Origin: Gonapodya sp. JEL0774
Taxonomy: Eukaryota
DNA: 64,000 nucleotides
NCBI GenBank assembly: GCA_027604505.1
Contig: JADIIX010000031.1
Location: forward strand, 1 to 64,000
Reading direction: 5' to 3'
The notes beneath the pieces are model-generated. The model saw only the letters and a program-made list of their open reading frames with translations, had not been told where the DNA came from and ran no database searches. A program made the position numbers and the translations under genes. Each line of letters begins with the position of its first letter. Position 1 is the first letter of the stretch. This document shows, piece by piece, positions 1 to 12,070 of this stretch.

Positions 1-704
1 GAGCAGTTGGACTTGGAGTGTGGGGCGAGTGTGTAGCACTAGTGACCACAGTAGTGCACAGTGAGCGAGTGATTGTGAATAATATTGAGACGTTGCTACT
101 GCCCCCAGCCCCACGAAAGCTCATTAGCTCTTTCATTTGATTTACCATCACAGATTCTGTTTGTCAATACCTCAATAATCTTTGACAATTGTGGATCGTT
201 CAGTTGATCTGCAATCATTGAATGATATACCATCAAATGCTGTTGTAACATTCTCAGCCAGATCAGTAGAGACTTCAGCATTCATTCATTAGATGTAGCA
301 GCAGTGCTAGTCTTTGTGCTAGATTGAGCGCGAGTCTCAATCACACTCATCAACATTTGGTTTGCTTTGTTCACAGTTTCAAAAGGCACAACTAAGTTTG
401 GCCGAAACATGAAGCAATTCATCACTTTTTTTTTGCCGTTCAACAGGTGCAATAGTAGCCCATGGTTTACCATCACAACATGTAGGATTTCTTTCATCCA
501 CTTTCATGTCGTCACTGGGAAATTCAATTTGTGATAGCACGTCAACATTGACATGACGTTTGCCAGGTTTGTAGACAGGATTGAAATTGAATTCTGTCAA
601 TCAGATAGCCCATGTGGCAATCTTGCCAGTGCTCTTTGCATCTTTCAACATTTTGAGCAACTTATCAGTTTGAAGCTCAAATGGCACCCCAACAAGAAAA
701 TGTC

Positions 705-1000
705 TGTAAAGGATATAAAGAGAATCCAGCACTCTGCCCCTGTACAGGTTTTGCCCCCATAGCCTAACAGGTTATGAGCCTGGACTGCTGACAGGAGAGG
801 TCACATGTTCGAACCCCAGTGGGGGGAAATTTTCCAATGTGGTGGCATGCAAAACTATGAGAGTTTGACCCTTAAAAATAGAGATTTGTCCTGGGTCGGG
901 CAACCCTGAAGCAGAGATGCTGTCTTCAGGGGGAGTGTAAAGGATATAAAGAGAATCCAGCACTCTGCCCCTGTACAGGTTTTGCCCCCATAGCCTAACA
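705..1000 (+). mobile_element. Miniature non-autonomous LTR retrotransposon (TRIM), copy 1, 296 bp
   Basis: Identical 65-bp direct repeats at 705-769 and 936-1000 (TGT...ACA). 5-bp TSD ATGTC at 700-704 and 1001-1005. Copia-type PBS GGTTATGAGCC at 770-780. PPT AGGGGGAG just before the 3' LTR. Confidence 0.95.
753..826 (+). other. tRNA-like sequence (Pol III A-box/B-box) spanning the TRIM 5' LTR, PBS and internal region
   Basis: 74 nt. GCCCCCA...TGGGGGG acceptor-like stem, TAGCCTAACAGG A-box-like, CCTG/CAGG anticodon-like arm, GTTCGAACC B-box. The T-stem does not pair. Confidence 0.65.
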
Positions 1001-4000
1001 ATGTCTGAAATATTTGCAACCCCAAATTGTAGCGAATGCTTCAAGGGTTCTCGTGTCCCATTTGCGCTTGGCAGGAGTCAAACGCTTACTCCCATAACCA
1101 ACCACGTATTCATGACCATTGCCATCACATTGACTCAGAATAGCACCCAGAGCTATCTTAGACGCATCCGTTTGCAAATAAAATGGTCAACTATAGTCAA
1201 CTCTTTGTAAAACTGGTTGAGAACACATGCGATCTTTGATCTTCATGAACGCATCATACGCTGGACCAGAAGTCAAGTCAACTATGCCACCTTCCACAGT
1301 TTGATCAGTCAATGGCGCTACCAGATGCGCAGAATTGCGTATGAAGTGCCTGTAGTACCCTGTTATGCCCAAAAATCGTTGGTGCTCTTTCAGCGTTTGT
1401 GGGATTGGAAAGCCCCTCACTGCGTCAATTTTCTTGGAATCCATTTTGATATTACCATCATTTGTGATGACATGACCAAGATCTGATGTCTTAGCTTGGC
1501 AAAAGGAGCATTTTGCAGCTTTGATCTTCAAGTTTGCCTCTCGCAAACGCCGGAACACTTCCTCAATGTGTTTCAGATGATCATCAAACGACTTTGAGAA
1601 TATCAAAATATCATCAAGATACACGAGAGCAAACTCCCAAGATATGCCACGTAACACTGCATCCATTAAACGTTGAAAGGTTGCAGGTGCATTTGTCAAC
1701 CCAAAAGGCATTCGTCAAAATTGCAATAAACCACAATGCGTACGAAACGCAGTCTTTGGACAATCTTCTTCAGCAATTTCTACATTCCAATAACCCCATG
1801 TTATATCAAGCGCAGAGAAGTAACCGGCACCTTGTGTTGCCTCAAGCATATCATCAATGCGCGGCAAAGGATAAACATCCTTTTTCGTGACGGCATTAAG
1901 TCTACGGTAGTCGACACAAAAGCGTAGCTTTCCGTCCTTCTTCGGCACCATCACAACTGGAGCTGACCAGTCACTGACTGAATGTTCCAAGATACCATCA
2001 AGCAACATTTTATCAGACGCTTCGTTGATCTTAGCCCGATCACCTGGACTAGAGCGATATAGTGGTGCTTTTATTGGTAGAGCATCACCTGTTGGGATAT
2101 GATGTTTAACGCTTGAAATATAACCTGGCTTATCACCAACACTGAAAGCATCTCGATTGCAGTGTAGCAATTCTTTCAAACGGCCGAGTTCTTTGTCATT
2201 AAGAACTGTTTTGGACAAATCAAGACCAGGGATACCTAGGTCAGGAGTATCAATGGTGGGAACCAAATTTGTTTTTGGCTCAAGTATCTTCCCATCACGT
2301 GAGAAACGCGGAGAAGGATCACATGGCTGCTGGTCGTCATTTGTTGATATGAAATGAAAGTCTTTTGTATTGATCAACTCAAAGTGCGCTATGCGTGCAC
2401 CTTGGAGACAAACAAGTCTTTCTTTGTCCAATTCGTCAGACTTATCCAAGCTTCGCCATTGGACTCAAAAGTTTGCACACCATGCGGAACCATAAGACCA
2501 TCGCGTGCCGCATATAACGGACTAGGCCGGACGAGAGCGTCTCTGCCCGCGATATCTTCAATTGAGAATGACGGTGCGCATGAAGGAATAACTTTCACTG
2601 CCACAGATGATTCCCTCGGCACAGTTATGTCTTCCATCAATGCAAGAACGGCATCGCTTGCATCAAGAATCACTTCATGTGATTCAACACTTAACTTTGC
2701 AGGATCTGAGTAACCCAATGTTTTAATAGAAGCGTTCTGTGTCAATGGGAACTGGAGCATTGCAGCTGGCCAATCGATCAAAGCGCCAGAGTTCTTGTGA
2801 TAGCGCGTACCAAGTATTACAACACTTTGTAATCCTGGAATAATATGAAGCCATGAATACAATTGTCGACCGTTCTCAACTTGCACAGGGACATGTATTC
2901 TTCCGACTGAGTACGACGTTGTACCAGTTCCTAACACGATGAAAAATTCACCGACCTCAGATCTACGAGGATCCTTGCGACTATTCAAAAAGTTCTGTGG
3001 CCAAAACGTTTTTGAAATGGCATCAAAGTTGCAACCTAAACCGAGCATTCCTTTTGCGGGTATATCACCAACCACAGTCTTTACATCAGCTGTGTGATGT
3101 TTTAAATTCTCGGCAGGTGGTTCAGTATTCAGCTGCTCAATATTCAAGAGATGACCATCAGGACACTCATTCAGAAGATTGCTTTGATGACTCCAAACAG
3201 CAGCAGCGTTTCAATGTGACGTTATTGCAGGCTCCAAATTCATTTGCAATTCAGCGATATGACATGGACTATTGTCAAGTACAATCGTAGTACCACGCAT
3301 CTCATCATTTGGAATTAATACAGAATTTGCGTCAGTTGCGGGACCAAATTGGTGGGCAAAGTCACAAATCTGCTTAATGAAAAGTTGCATGTTGCGTTAG
3401 AACACTTGCCATTTGCCGACAAGCCGTCAGACTTGAACTCCCAAGAGTAGTCACATACCACTCAGTCAGAGGAGTGACCATTCAAAGCATTCAATTCAGC
3501 TGCGTTATCATTGCAGGGCACTTCAGGGTTCCGCAAAACCTAGTTTCACACATACATTGTGTGGTAACTTTGCCCATGCCTGGAAGCGGTCTACTTCCGA
3601 TCATTGTTCCACTTATGTCAGTCAAACTAACGTTGGATGTGCTCTGAACATCTGGGAGTGGACTGTTCCCGCTGACGTGTACGACTCCATGCCTGGCAAT
3701 GGCAAAGAGAAGCGGCATACGTAAGCTCTTGAGTCAGCCAAACAGAAAAAGGAAAGGCAAGGATGGCATTTATTGTCAGCGCTGACAACGTGCACATGAG
3801 CCAATCAGCTAGCAAACTCCTAGCTCTTTGGCCTTAAAGCTAGTTTCATGCTAGCGCACTCTCGCACAGTTGATCACATCGCGCAAGCAAATACCACAAC
3901 AATAGACGCGCAGCTGACAATTTAAGTCGCTAGGTTTTCTGTCTTTGAGCTACCATTTCCCATAGAGCACGCTCAGGTGGTTGTGCTGTTCCAACCCAGC

Positions 4001-4275
4001 GTTGTACGTTTTGGTGGGAGCCTGAATCGTATGAGCTCTGCACTCCACCTTGAACACAGAACATAGCGTGAAATGTGGAACACTCTACATATACAAACTT
4101 TGATGTCATAGCAGTTGGCCAATGTGAAGTTCGTTTATCACAAACTCTGCAAACGTGGCATCTCAGCGGATCTACTCATCTGAATCACGCCTATTGATGG
4201 TTTCTCACACGCTCAGCGCGCCAAAGACAAGAGAAGTGTGGTCTCAAGCTTTCAAAACTGCAAAATTTCAATCTT

Positions 4276-4572
4276 TGTTAAGCTATGGTGGCAAACACCT
4301 GTACAGGGGCAGAGTGCTGGATTCTCTCTTTTATCCTTAACACTCCCCCTGAAGACAGCATCTCTGCTTCAGGGTTGCCCGACCCAGGACAAATCTCCAT
4401 TTTTAAGGTCAAACTCTCATAGTTTTGCATGCCACCACATTGGAAAATTTCCCCCCACTGGGGTTCGAACATGTGACCTCTCTGTCAGCAGTCCAGGCTC
4501 ATAACGTGTTAAGCTATGGTGGCAAAACCTGTACAGGGGCAGAGTGCTGGATTCTCTCTTTTATCCTTAACA
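4276..4572 (-). mobile_element. TRIM copy 2, 297 bp, inverted relative to copy 1
   Basis: LTRs at 4276-4342 and 4507-4572 differ by one indel. TSD ATCTT at 4271-4275 and 4573-4577. Internal region nearly identical to copy 1. Confidence 0.95.
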
Positions 4573-4842
4573 ATCTTAGAGTTGGGAACATTTGCTCAAT
4601 GAACATGTTCACAGCACTCAGAGTACCACATAACAAGAAGTTTGATTCAAAGCTCACTCGCGTATTCAAACATAAGCTATCACAAGCTTTCTCATTGTGC
4701 TTCTCATTGTCACAAATATTTCACCCCCCCTCCCCTTTGGTCTTCATTTGAGTCAGAGGGGTCCATGTGTTGTCTCCAGAATAACATCTATATGTGGATG
4801 TTTATTTTACAAATGTATCCAAGGTACCTTCTCGATCAATTT

Positions 4843-7800
4843 TTATGAAGTTATAACTAATCTAAAGTCGGGTACAAATGGTTCCAAAGACAACTTGGAA
4901 AACTTGAACAAATCCTTTTGAAATACATCCGCGAAGTTGACAGGATGTCGTGCAAATTGGAATCTCCTGCCCAGTGTCATATGTCGGACAAATCCATGAT
5001 CACCAGAATTCTTTGTAATAAAAATTAACGCGGCACATGCGAACAGCCCACCATCATATAGGTTTGATTGTTGAGGCCAATCCTGTTGGACTATAAACTT
5101 AACCTCTGCATCAATCATGTCCAGTCCAATTCTCTTCCTGATTCCTTCGTTCATGTGTGCAACTGCATCATGGTAGTGGTCAGAAGGGTGGCGAATGGAG
5201 TCAAAAAGTACCCAACACTTCAAAGGAGGATGATAGACTGCCGCAAACCAATGAAGATTTCCTTCGTTGTATGTCGTCATAATAAAGTTCGCGTTTCGTG
5301 CATCTTGAAGTAAATTAGATGTCACTGAGCCTGGTCTGGGGTTCACTTCGCCCAGGTTTGATTCAGGGTTAGTATAGTGCGAAGAGATATAGAAGAGGCT
5401 GGTTGATTCAGCAGGGCGTTCTGTGTCCTCGTGGGTAAGCCACCGACCAAGATTGTTTATTGGTGAGTCTGATAGCCAGATTCCCAGAAGGAGGCGCCTG
5501 AGTTCCTTGTCAAAGGATGTGACACCAGGATGATCAGTTATCCCTTCATCGAAGATCCATCCGGCCGCAATTAATTCGTGGCTTGCTCCATCTACCACAC
5601 CCCCTGTTGGCAGAAATTCGAACCACAGAGCAGGAGCCGCCACAGCAAAGGGAGTTTGATCATTGAGAACATCTGGCTGTACAATTTCGAATGTTCGCCG
5701 ACGGCGCTTTGGAGTTGGAGCAGCAATTGCATCGTCCATGTGGTCAGACAACCGCTTTGGAATAGTTTTTGCGAAAGAAGTAGATCCACGTTTGAGGAAA
5801 AGTTGAGCATCAACAAGCATGTTTTCGATGTCCTGATCTTTGCACCCCGTCAAGTCAGGAAGAGACTCCACAATTTCATCCACATCCACATCCAGTGTTG
5901 CAGCAGTCTCCCAAGTGCTTTGGGTGAATGGTAAGCCATCCCACAAAGTGAGATACTCCCAACGATCAAGTGATGGACCGCCTGTATTGCAGCAAGCACG
6001 TGTAAGTGTTGTTCATGTAACAAAGGTTGGGGGTTTGAACTCACATCGCCGTCGAGCCATCAGCGCCTTCACTTCAAGATCCTTCGTTGGGTGCGTGTTA
6101 CTTTTTTGAAGTATGAGCATTGCGGATACATTGCTGACAGAAACCGTGTTTGGTAGTTTTGCAAGTTGGTAGTGAGGGTAGAATCTTGATGTGGATGTTC
6201 CTGGGAGGTCCCGCGTTTTTGCTGGTCCAGGAGTGATCCACTCAAGCTTGTAGTTGTAGTCTTTAGTGTGTATAATCTTCGCAAGAGCTTGGTATGGGTC
6301 TTTGCCTTTGGCAGGTCCAGCTGAGCGCCTAACAAGAACAACATCCCCGACCTGGAAAGGTGGAGATAGCGATAAATTTGCCAATGACCTGGTTGCAAGG
6401 GGTTCGAAGATTTAGATCAACAGAGTGCGATTAATTTTCGCGTTCTTACCTTGCAAGATCTCGAGCGGCGACTTTTTGCATGTGCTTCTTAGCATTGAGC
6501 ATCATTTTTGAATGGGTGGCAGGGTCGTAGACTACATCGGGAGGTGGATCTGACAATATCCATTTTGTTATGTTAGGTTACATTCACTTTGGATGCTGAA
6601 AACACTAACCCTGTCCTGGAACAGCATAAAAGTTCCGATCTGTCTTTCCATAAAATAATTCATATGGCACGGCATTAGTTGTTCCATGTACCTCGTGATC
6701 AATTGTGTTGTTGACAGTTGGCAAGATGTCTCGAAGACGCTCAAGGCTCAAAGTAGATTCTTGAATGTTGAGCTCCTTCAACACTTTGCGGATACGGTTC
6801 TTGAGGAAGCGATTGCGATTCTCGATGGCACCTTGTGTCGAAGGCTTGTAGGGGCTTCCATGCCGGATCTTGATACCATGGAGCTGGTGGAGTTTCTCGA
6901 ACGCCTTCGAAACAAATTCGCCTCCGTTATCAGAGAGTGTTGAATCAGGCATACCGCCTTCCTTGCTCCACTCCATGATAGAGTCGACTACATTCTTCGA
7001 TTGCTTCATTGAGGGTTAGACCTTTCTCCACTTAAAATTTCTAATAATAGAATAAACGTACCTTTGTGAGGAAAGCGTTAGCGAATCCTTTTTTAGATAG
7101 GTGGTCGACTCCATGTAGAATCCAAAAGCGCCCGAATTTTGTGTAGTCTATCACCCACTTGAAGTGAGGTATGAAAATGAATTAAACCACAGGACTCATC
7201 TGCTTCTGGGTTGTCACTCACCAACTCATTAGGTCGGGAGGTGATGATGGGTACCAAAGGCGCCCTGGATGGTAGCGGTTGTTGCAGGACACATACCGCA
7301 CATGTCAGAATTGTCTTTTCGAGGATCCGGAACAGTCCGCGGGCATAATAGTTCATCACAAGTTTCCTCCACAAGCGCCACAAAGAAGAGTGACCACCAG
7401 CCACAGAAGACGTGTGTACATGCTGAATCGCACGGTTGATTTCGTCCGCAGAGCATACGACCTCACCTGCAATGCAGACTCTTATGGGGCTTGAAAGAAT
7501 CACTCACCATTCTTTTCCAATCCTTGCGATGTGATTTGTTCACATTCCCTTTGCAATGAACCGGTAGTGCTTTGGGGATACAGTTGTTCAGTAGATAGAG
7601 TTCAATCTCAGAATGTTTATTAAGGTAGTCGTCGATTGCATCTTCCGTATCGTCGTCCAACACGTGGTCGGCATCTACATTGCCAGCGCCAGATGTAGAA
7701 TGCGTGACATCCTCGGATGTGGGAAATACATCGCTGAGGTTCGAGATGACTGTTTCGAGTATGTTCTTAAACGAAGATTCTGTTGGTTCTCCACCAACAA

Positions 7801-8050
7801 TGTATTCTTCGCCTGCGACAAGTTCAAAGCGACCGTTCCTCGTCAAAATGGTTCGATTGGGTGCTGACTTTGGTAAGAGGTAGACGTCCAACGGATTTCC
7901 CTGAAGTCTAAACAGCTTCTGCAGCTCAGGGGCGGTGAAAGATGTTTTGTGGAAGAAGTGAGTCTTGTTCAGTTGAAATTTGTTCACAAGAGTGACGGGA
8001 TCTCCTATTTTGTTGTTGAGGTGATTGAACCCTGCTGCAAGATTCACCAA
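4843..8050 (-). CDS. Multi-exon transposase: HHCC zinc finger, DDE integrase, SH3-like C-terminal domain, chromodomain, Ulp1/C48-like peptidase (5' end not resolved; possible frameshift near 7480)
   Basis: HVH..GGH...CAVC; spliced core WVIDYT..VDHLSK..SDNGGEF..SPYKPSTQGAIENRN; FQVGDVVLVRR; spliced EVKALMARRR..WEYLTLWDGLPFTQSTWE; NLHWFAAV..FDS..QQSNLYDGGLF. GT-AG introns join these segments. Confidence 0.85.
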
Positions 8051-8263
8051 AGCGACCGAATGGTGAAAACAAAAATGGCATCCTAAATGGCACCCTACAC
8101 AAAAGGACTACGCTGAACTACTTTGACAATCGTCTGAAGAGAAAGGAACTCGATAACATAGCAAGGGACAGGGATTGCGAAGATAAGGTGAGCACTGATG
8201 AGGATATCAGGCAGAGGCTGTCAGGCCGGGACGACGGGAACAGGGAAACGCCTCATGCACAGT

Positions 8264-9171
8264 AGTTGTCCGCCGGACGCTCTCAGACTCTCTCAGTCAA
8301 GCATCAAGTCGTCTGTTGGATGATTTTCTATCGACGTTGCGGACCTGTATGTCAAGCATCAAGTCGTCCGCCGGACGATTTTCTCTCGCTGCTTCTGATT
8401 GCCTCTGTCAAGAATAAAGTCGTCTGCTGGACGATTTTCTCTCGTCACTACGGAACTCTATGTCAAGCGCTAAGTCATCCGCTGGACAATTTTCTACTGT
8501 TGGTGCGGAACTGTATGTCAAGGATTAAGTTGTCTGCCAGACGATTCTCTACAATCGCTGATAATACTCTCAGTCAAGCGCCAAGTTGTCTGCCGGACGA
8601 TTTTCTTGCGTGTTTTCTGATACTCTCAGGGAAGTGCCAAGTCGTCCACTGGACAACTCTCTTCCATCACTGTGGAACTCTCTGTGAAGCATCAAGTCGT
8701 CTGGCGGACGACTTTCTCCCCTCGTGGAAAAAGTTGCCCGCCGGACGACTTGACTACTCTCGACTCTTTTTTTCTTGTTTGAAGTCGTCCGGTGGACGAA
8801 ATTACTCCTGGCTCTGTGATTTTGTTGTTCTCTCGTCAGGTCGTCTGGCGGACGACTTTCTCCCCTCGTGGAAAAAGTTGTCTGCCGGACAACTTGACTA
8901 CTCTCGACTCTCTTTTTCTTGTTTGAAGTCGTACAGTGGACGAAATTACTCCTGGCTTGGTGATTTTGTGGTTCTCTTGTCAGGTCGTCCGGCAGACAAC
9001 TTGACTACTCTCGACTTTCCTTTTCTTGTTCGAAGTCGTCCAGCGGACGAAATTACTCATGGCTTGGTGATTTTGTGGTTCTTGCGTCAGGTCGTCCGGC
9101 GGACAACTTTCTCCCTCGTGACAAAAGTCGTCCGACAGACGACTTGACTACTCTCGACTTTCCTTTTCTTA
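8264..9171. repeat. Tandem array of ~18 palindromic AAGTCGTCCG(C/G)CGGACGA(C/T)TT motifs
   Basis: Motif recurs at ~8307, 8361, 8417, 8472, 8527, 8583, 8639 and 8694 (~55-bp period), then as a ~144-bp higher-order unit (37+51+56 bp). Confidence 0.92.
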
Positions 9172-9370
9172 GGGCCCGTACGGCACTGGTTTTTTTGGGC
9201 ACAAATAATCGATTATTGGGGAAAGTGCACTATTTTGCGTGTTCGGCACTGCACAATATGAATAATGGTTGAACGCAAATAATCGATTATTTGGGTGGGG
9301 CCAAAAAATCGTGTCCAGGGGCGATTTTTGAAACGATTTTTCACCGCACTATCCACAATCCACCTCGAAA

Positions 9371-10494
9371 ATGCCCCCAAAGGCAGCTGCTTCAAGCGCG
9401 CAGGGACCAAAAAACAATAAAGGAAAAGGAAAAGTGGGCGGAGAGGACGGGCAAGGGGATGCAGGCGACGATAGGGCGAAGTGGGGAGTTCAAGAGAGGG
9501 AGTTGAAGCTCCTGGAGACGCTGAATTACTGGGCGCCAAAACAATCCGCTGGCAGGTTCACCAAGTTGTGGCCGAACATTGTTGCCAACTTCAACAGGCG
9601 TGCCAGGGTAGAGTACGACAAGGACAAAATCAAACGGAAGCACGACGAGCTCAAGCGGATATACACAATATTCTGTAAGGCCAGAGAGCGTTCGGGTGCA
9701 GGAACTGTACCAGGGAAGCCCTGGATTATCACGATGGCACCGGAATCCTGGGAGGAGTTCATAGAGGTGATTGTTTCTGAACGTTCTTTGTCGGCGATTG
9801 GGTTTCGCGATTAAAACAGTATCTAGCACCACCCTACGGCCTCCATTTTCCGCGAGAATGGGTGGCCTCTCTTCATTGAGGCGGACAAGCTATGGGCCAA
9901 CACGAAGGCTGTTGGGGAGTTTGCGGCAAGTGCCGTGGACCTCCCACCAATCGAGGATGATACTGGCATAGGATCGCAAGAAGTTGATACAGGAGACGTG
10001 GAGTATGCACCGGATGGGGAGGTTGAAGGTACGTGTCTCGATGTTTTTTGCAAACTGTGTTCTACCACGCTGAAACTCAACGTACAGACACCGCACCTCA
10101 TCCTCATCCATCGCGCACGCCTACACCCAACTCAGTGATGCCGCGCCGGGATTCGGACGTGAGTGCTCCCCGGAGTGTGGCCCCAACAACCCGCAAGCGC
10201 AGGAGACAGGACACACCGGACCCTCAGGAGCCTGTGAGGATTGCTGGACTGGAACAGATCGCAGAGGCTCTTTCTCAGGGCTTTGGGCGAGCTCAGAGCG
10301 GGGGCTCTCAATCGAACATGGTGTTTGAAGCCCTCACAGCCGCTTTGGAAGATGGATTCTCGGACATGGAGAGAGCCAGGATGGGGAGCATATTTGCGTC
10401 AAACCCCGTGACTGCAATGGTCTTTATGGGGCTTCAGACTGTTGGTGCAAGGAGGATGTGGTACGACAAGGAAGTTGCAGCCATGCGAAAGTAG
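9371..10494 (+). CDS. Harbinger Myb/SANT-like DNA-binding protein (3 exons; introns ~9767-9826 and ~10029-10087)
   Basis: AKWGVQERELKLLETL...FTKLWPNIVANFN...DKIKRKHDELKRIY; position inside the Harbinger TIRs. Confidence 0.9.
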
Positions 10495-10574
10495 CATACT
10501 AAAATAGTGGGAATGTTATGTGATGTATCAAATAGGGTTACAATCAAACGTCTACATATATTCCAAAATGTCCT

Positions 10575-11934
10575 CTACGTGTCGATTACTGGTGGTGCAC
10601 GATATCCACGCTCCTGCCGAATCGCCACGTAATCGTCCCACATCTTCTGTGCAGTACGTTCCCTCCACACCAAAGCAGGATCCATACGCGGCAGCCGCCT
10701 TGCAGAAGGAGGAACAACATCTACTTCAGCCGGGTACGGGTTTTGGCGGACAAATTCATGAGCAATGTCATCACCCGCTCCAAATGTATGGTGGTGGATA
10801 AAATTGTGTATAACTATACACGCCACAACCACCTGCACCTGAACGCGGAAGTCCAGAAACTTTGTGCCGTGTGCCAGGGCTTGGGTTCGCATCTTAGCAA
10901 CCCCAATTGCCCTTTCGACGGCATTCCTCAGTGACGAGTGCCGCAAGTTATGGATTTCGTAAGGTGTTTCAGGTCTACCAGTGTAGTAAATCCAGGAAAA
11001 AGTGTTATTATTAATAAAGGAGTTGTTTCCAAACTTTTGACGTGCAGAACACCCACCTCTTCCCATGGTCGGCCCACTCCTTCAGGTGGTATCGCACTCC
11101 ATTCTTATAAGGAGTCCTGAAGTACATGTTGTGTTCGTATCCAGCATCAACAAGGTACCATCGCCCTTTGGGCACCCGAAATCCACCCCGGTACAGGGTG
11201 TCTCCCAGGACAGTCCCGTCATGAGCGGAACCTTCATATCCTGCATAGACATAAGTAAACCGTCCATCAAAGTCCACTGCCACCAACACATTTTGCGAGA
11301 GGAATCCCTTGCGATTCATGTACGCGACCTGGGCATCCCCAGCTGGCCGGAACGCTCGGATATGCGTGCCATCAATTGCACCCACGCAACCGTCAAAGTA
11401 CGGCCAAAAACGTCCATTTGCCGTAATCCGGGTGGATATAGGAGTATTTTCATTTGGTTGAATGATGTAATCACTTGCGAGAGCACGTAGAGCAGAGATT
11501 CCCGCCCGAATGTAACAGGTTACGGTTGAGAGCGAGTGTTGGAATCGCAAACGCGCAGCACGCATAGAGACACCATGACCGAGGTAGAACATGAGCATCG
11601 CAAGCTGCTCATCAATGCTCATCTTGCAGGTGTCCAGGAGCAGCCGACGTGTCCACGTTTCCGCTACCAACGACCTGAACACGGGAAGTGGCATCCGAAC
11701 ATTGTCCAAGGCCATCTCCTTGTGTCCGTTTAGAATTTCGTACGTGAGGCGCTCCCCCTGAAGAACAGAGTTGGTCATCGGGCGGGGAATCGCTCGAAAA
11801 ATGCGTCTTTGCGCCGTGACGATGGTGGCGACAGCGGCAATCGCACATCAAACCGCCGCCATCACGGCCAGACGTTCCTCGTCGTCACTTATGATCATGA
11901 CGTCACCATCGTACGCGGGGATTCCGAGATCCAT
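10575..11934 (-). pseudogene. Harbinger DDE transposase (intron 10975-11056; in-frame TGA at 11850-11848 after the ATG at 11934)
   Basis: CVGAIDGTHI, NRKGFLSQNVL, GYEGSAHD, YLVDAGY, NLRHSSLRNAVERAIGVAKMR. Could still be expressed from the ATG at 11778. Confidence 0.93.
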
Positions 11935-12070
11935 CGCGTGTACTGTGTTTCGATTGAAGTTTGGTGGTGTTCGGCCAAAAAGTCACCCGAAAAATCACTT
12001 TTCCCCTATAATCAATTGGGACCCCCCCATAATTGATTATTACAGAAAACCACTGCTGTACGGGCCCTTA

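Larger units (their letters stand above)
96..3147 (-). pseudogene. Decayed Ty3/Gypsy pol (protease, RT, RNase H, start of integrase region), with stops and frameshifts and a TRIM insertion at 705-1000
   Basis: RT motifs WSAPVVMVPKKDGKLRFCVDYRRLN, YPLPRIDD, MPFGLTNAPATFQR, YLDD. RNase H QTDASKIALGAILSQ...KYFRH resumes as FLVGVPFELQTD on the far side of the insertion, then YKPGKRHVNVDVLS. Degenerate aspartic protease in ORF 2389-3147. Confidence 0.95.
9172..12067. mobile_element. PIF/Harbinger DNA transposon, 2896 bp
   Basis: TIRs GGGCCCGTACGGCACTGGTTTT and AAAACCACTGCTGTACGGGCCC. TTA TSD at 9169-9171 and 12068-12070. Convergent Myb-like and transposase genes. Confidence 0.97.

Noticed and set aside
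1..92. Possible end of another insertion or LTR
   Set aside because: Truncated by the window edge; no partner repeat found.
753..826. Functional tRNA gene
   Set aside because: The T-stem is unpaired, the anticodon arm is imperfect, and it lies inside a mobile element. Kept only as tRNA-like.
8266..9147. 293-aa ORF
   Set aside because: It is the translation of the tandem repeat, starts at TTG and has no domain signal.
8264..9171. CRISPR array
   Set aside because: The linkers are related to one another and form higher-order duplications, the repeats are degenerate, no cas genes are present, and the context is eukaryotic.
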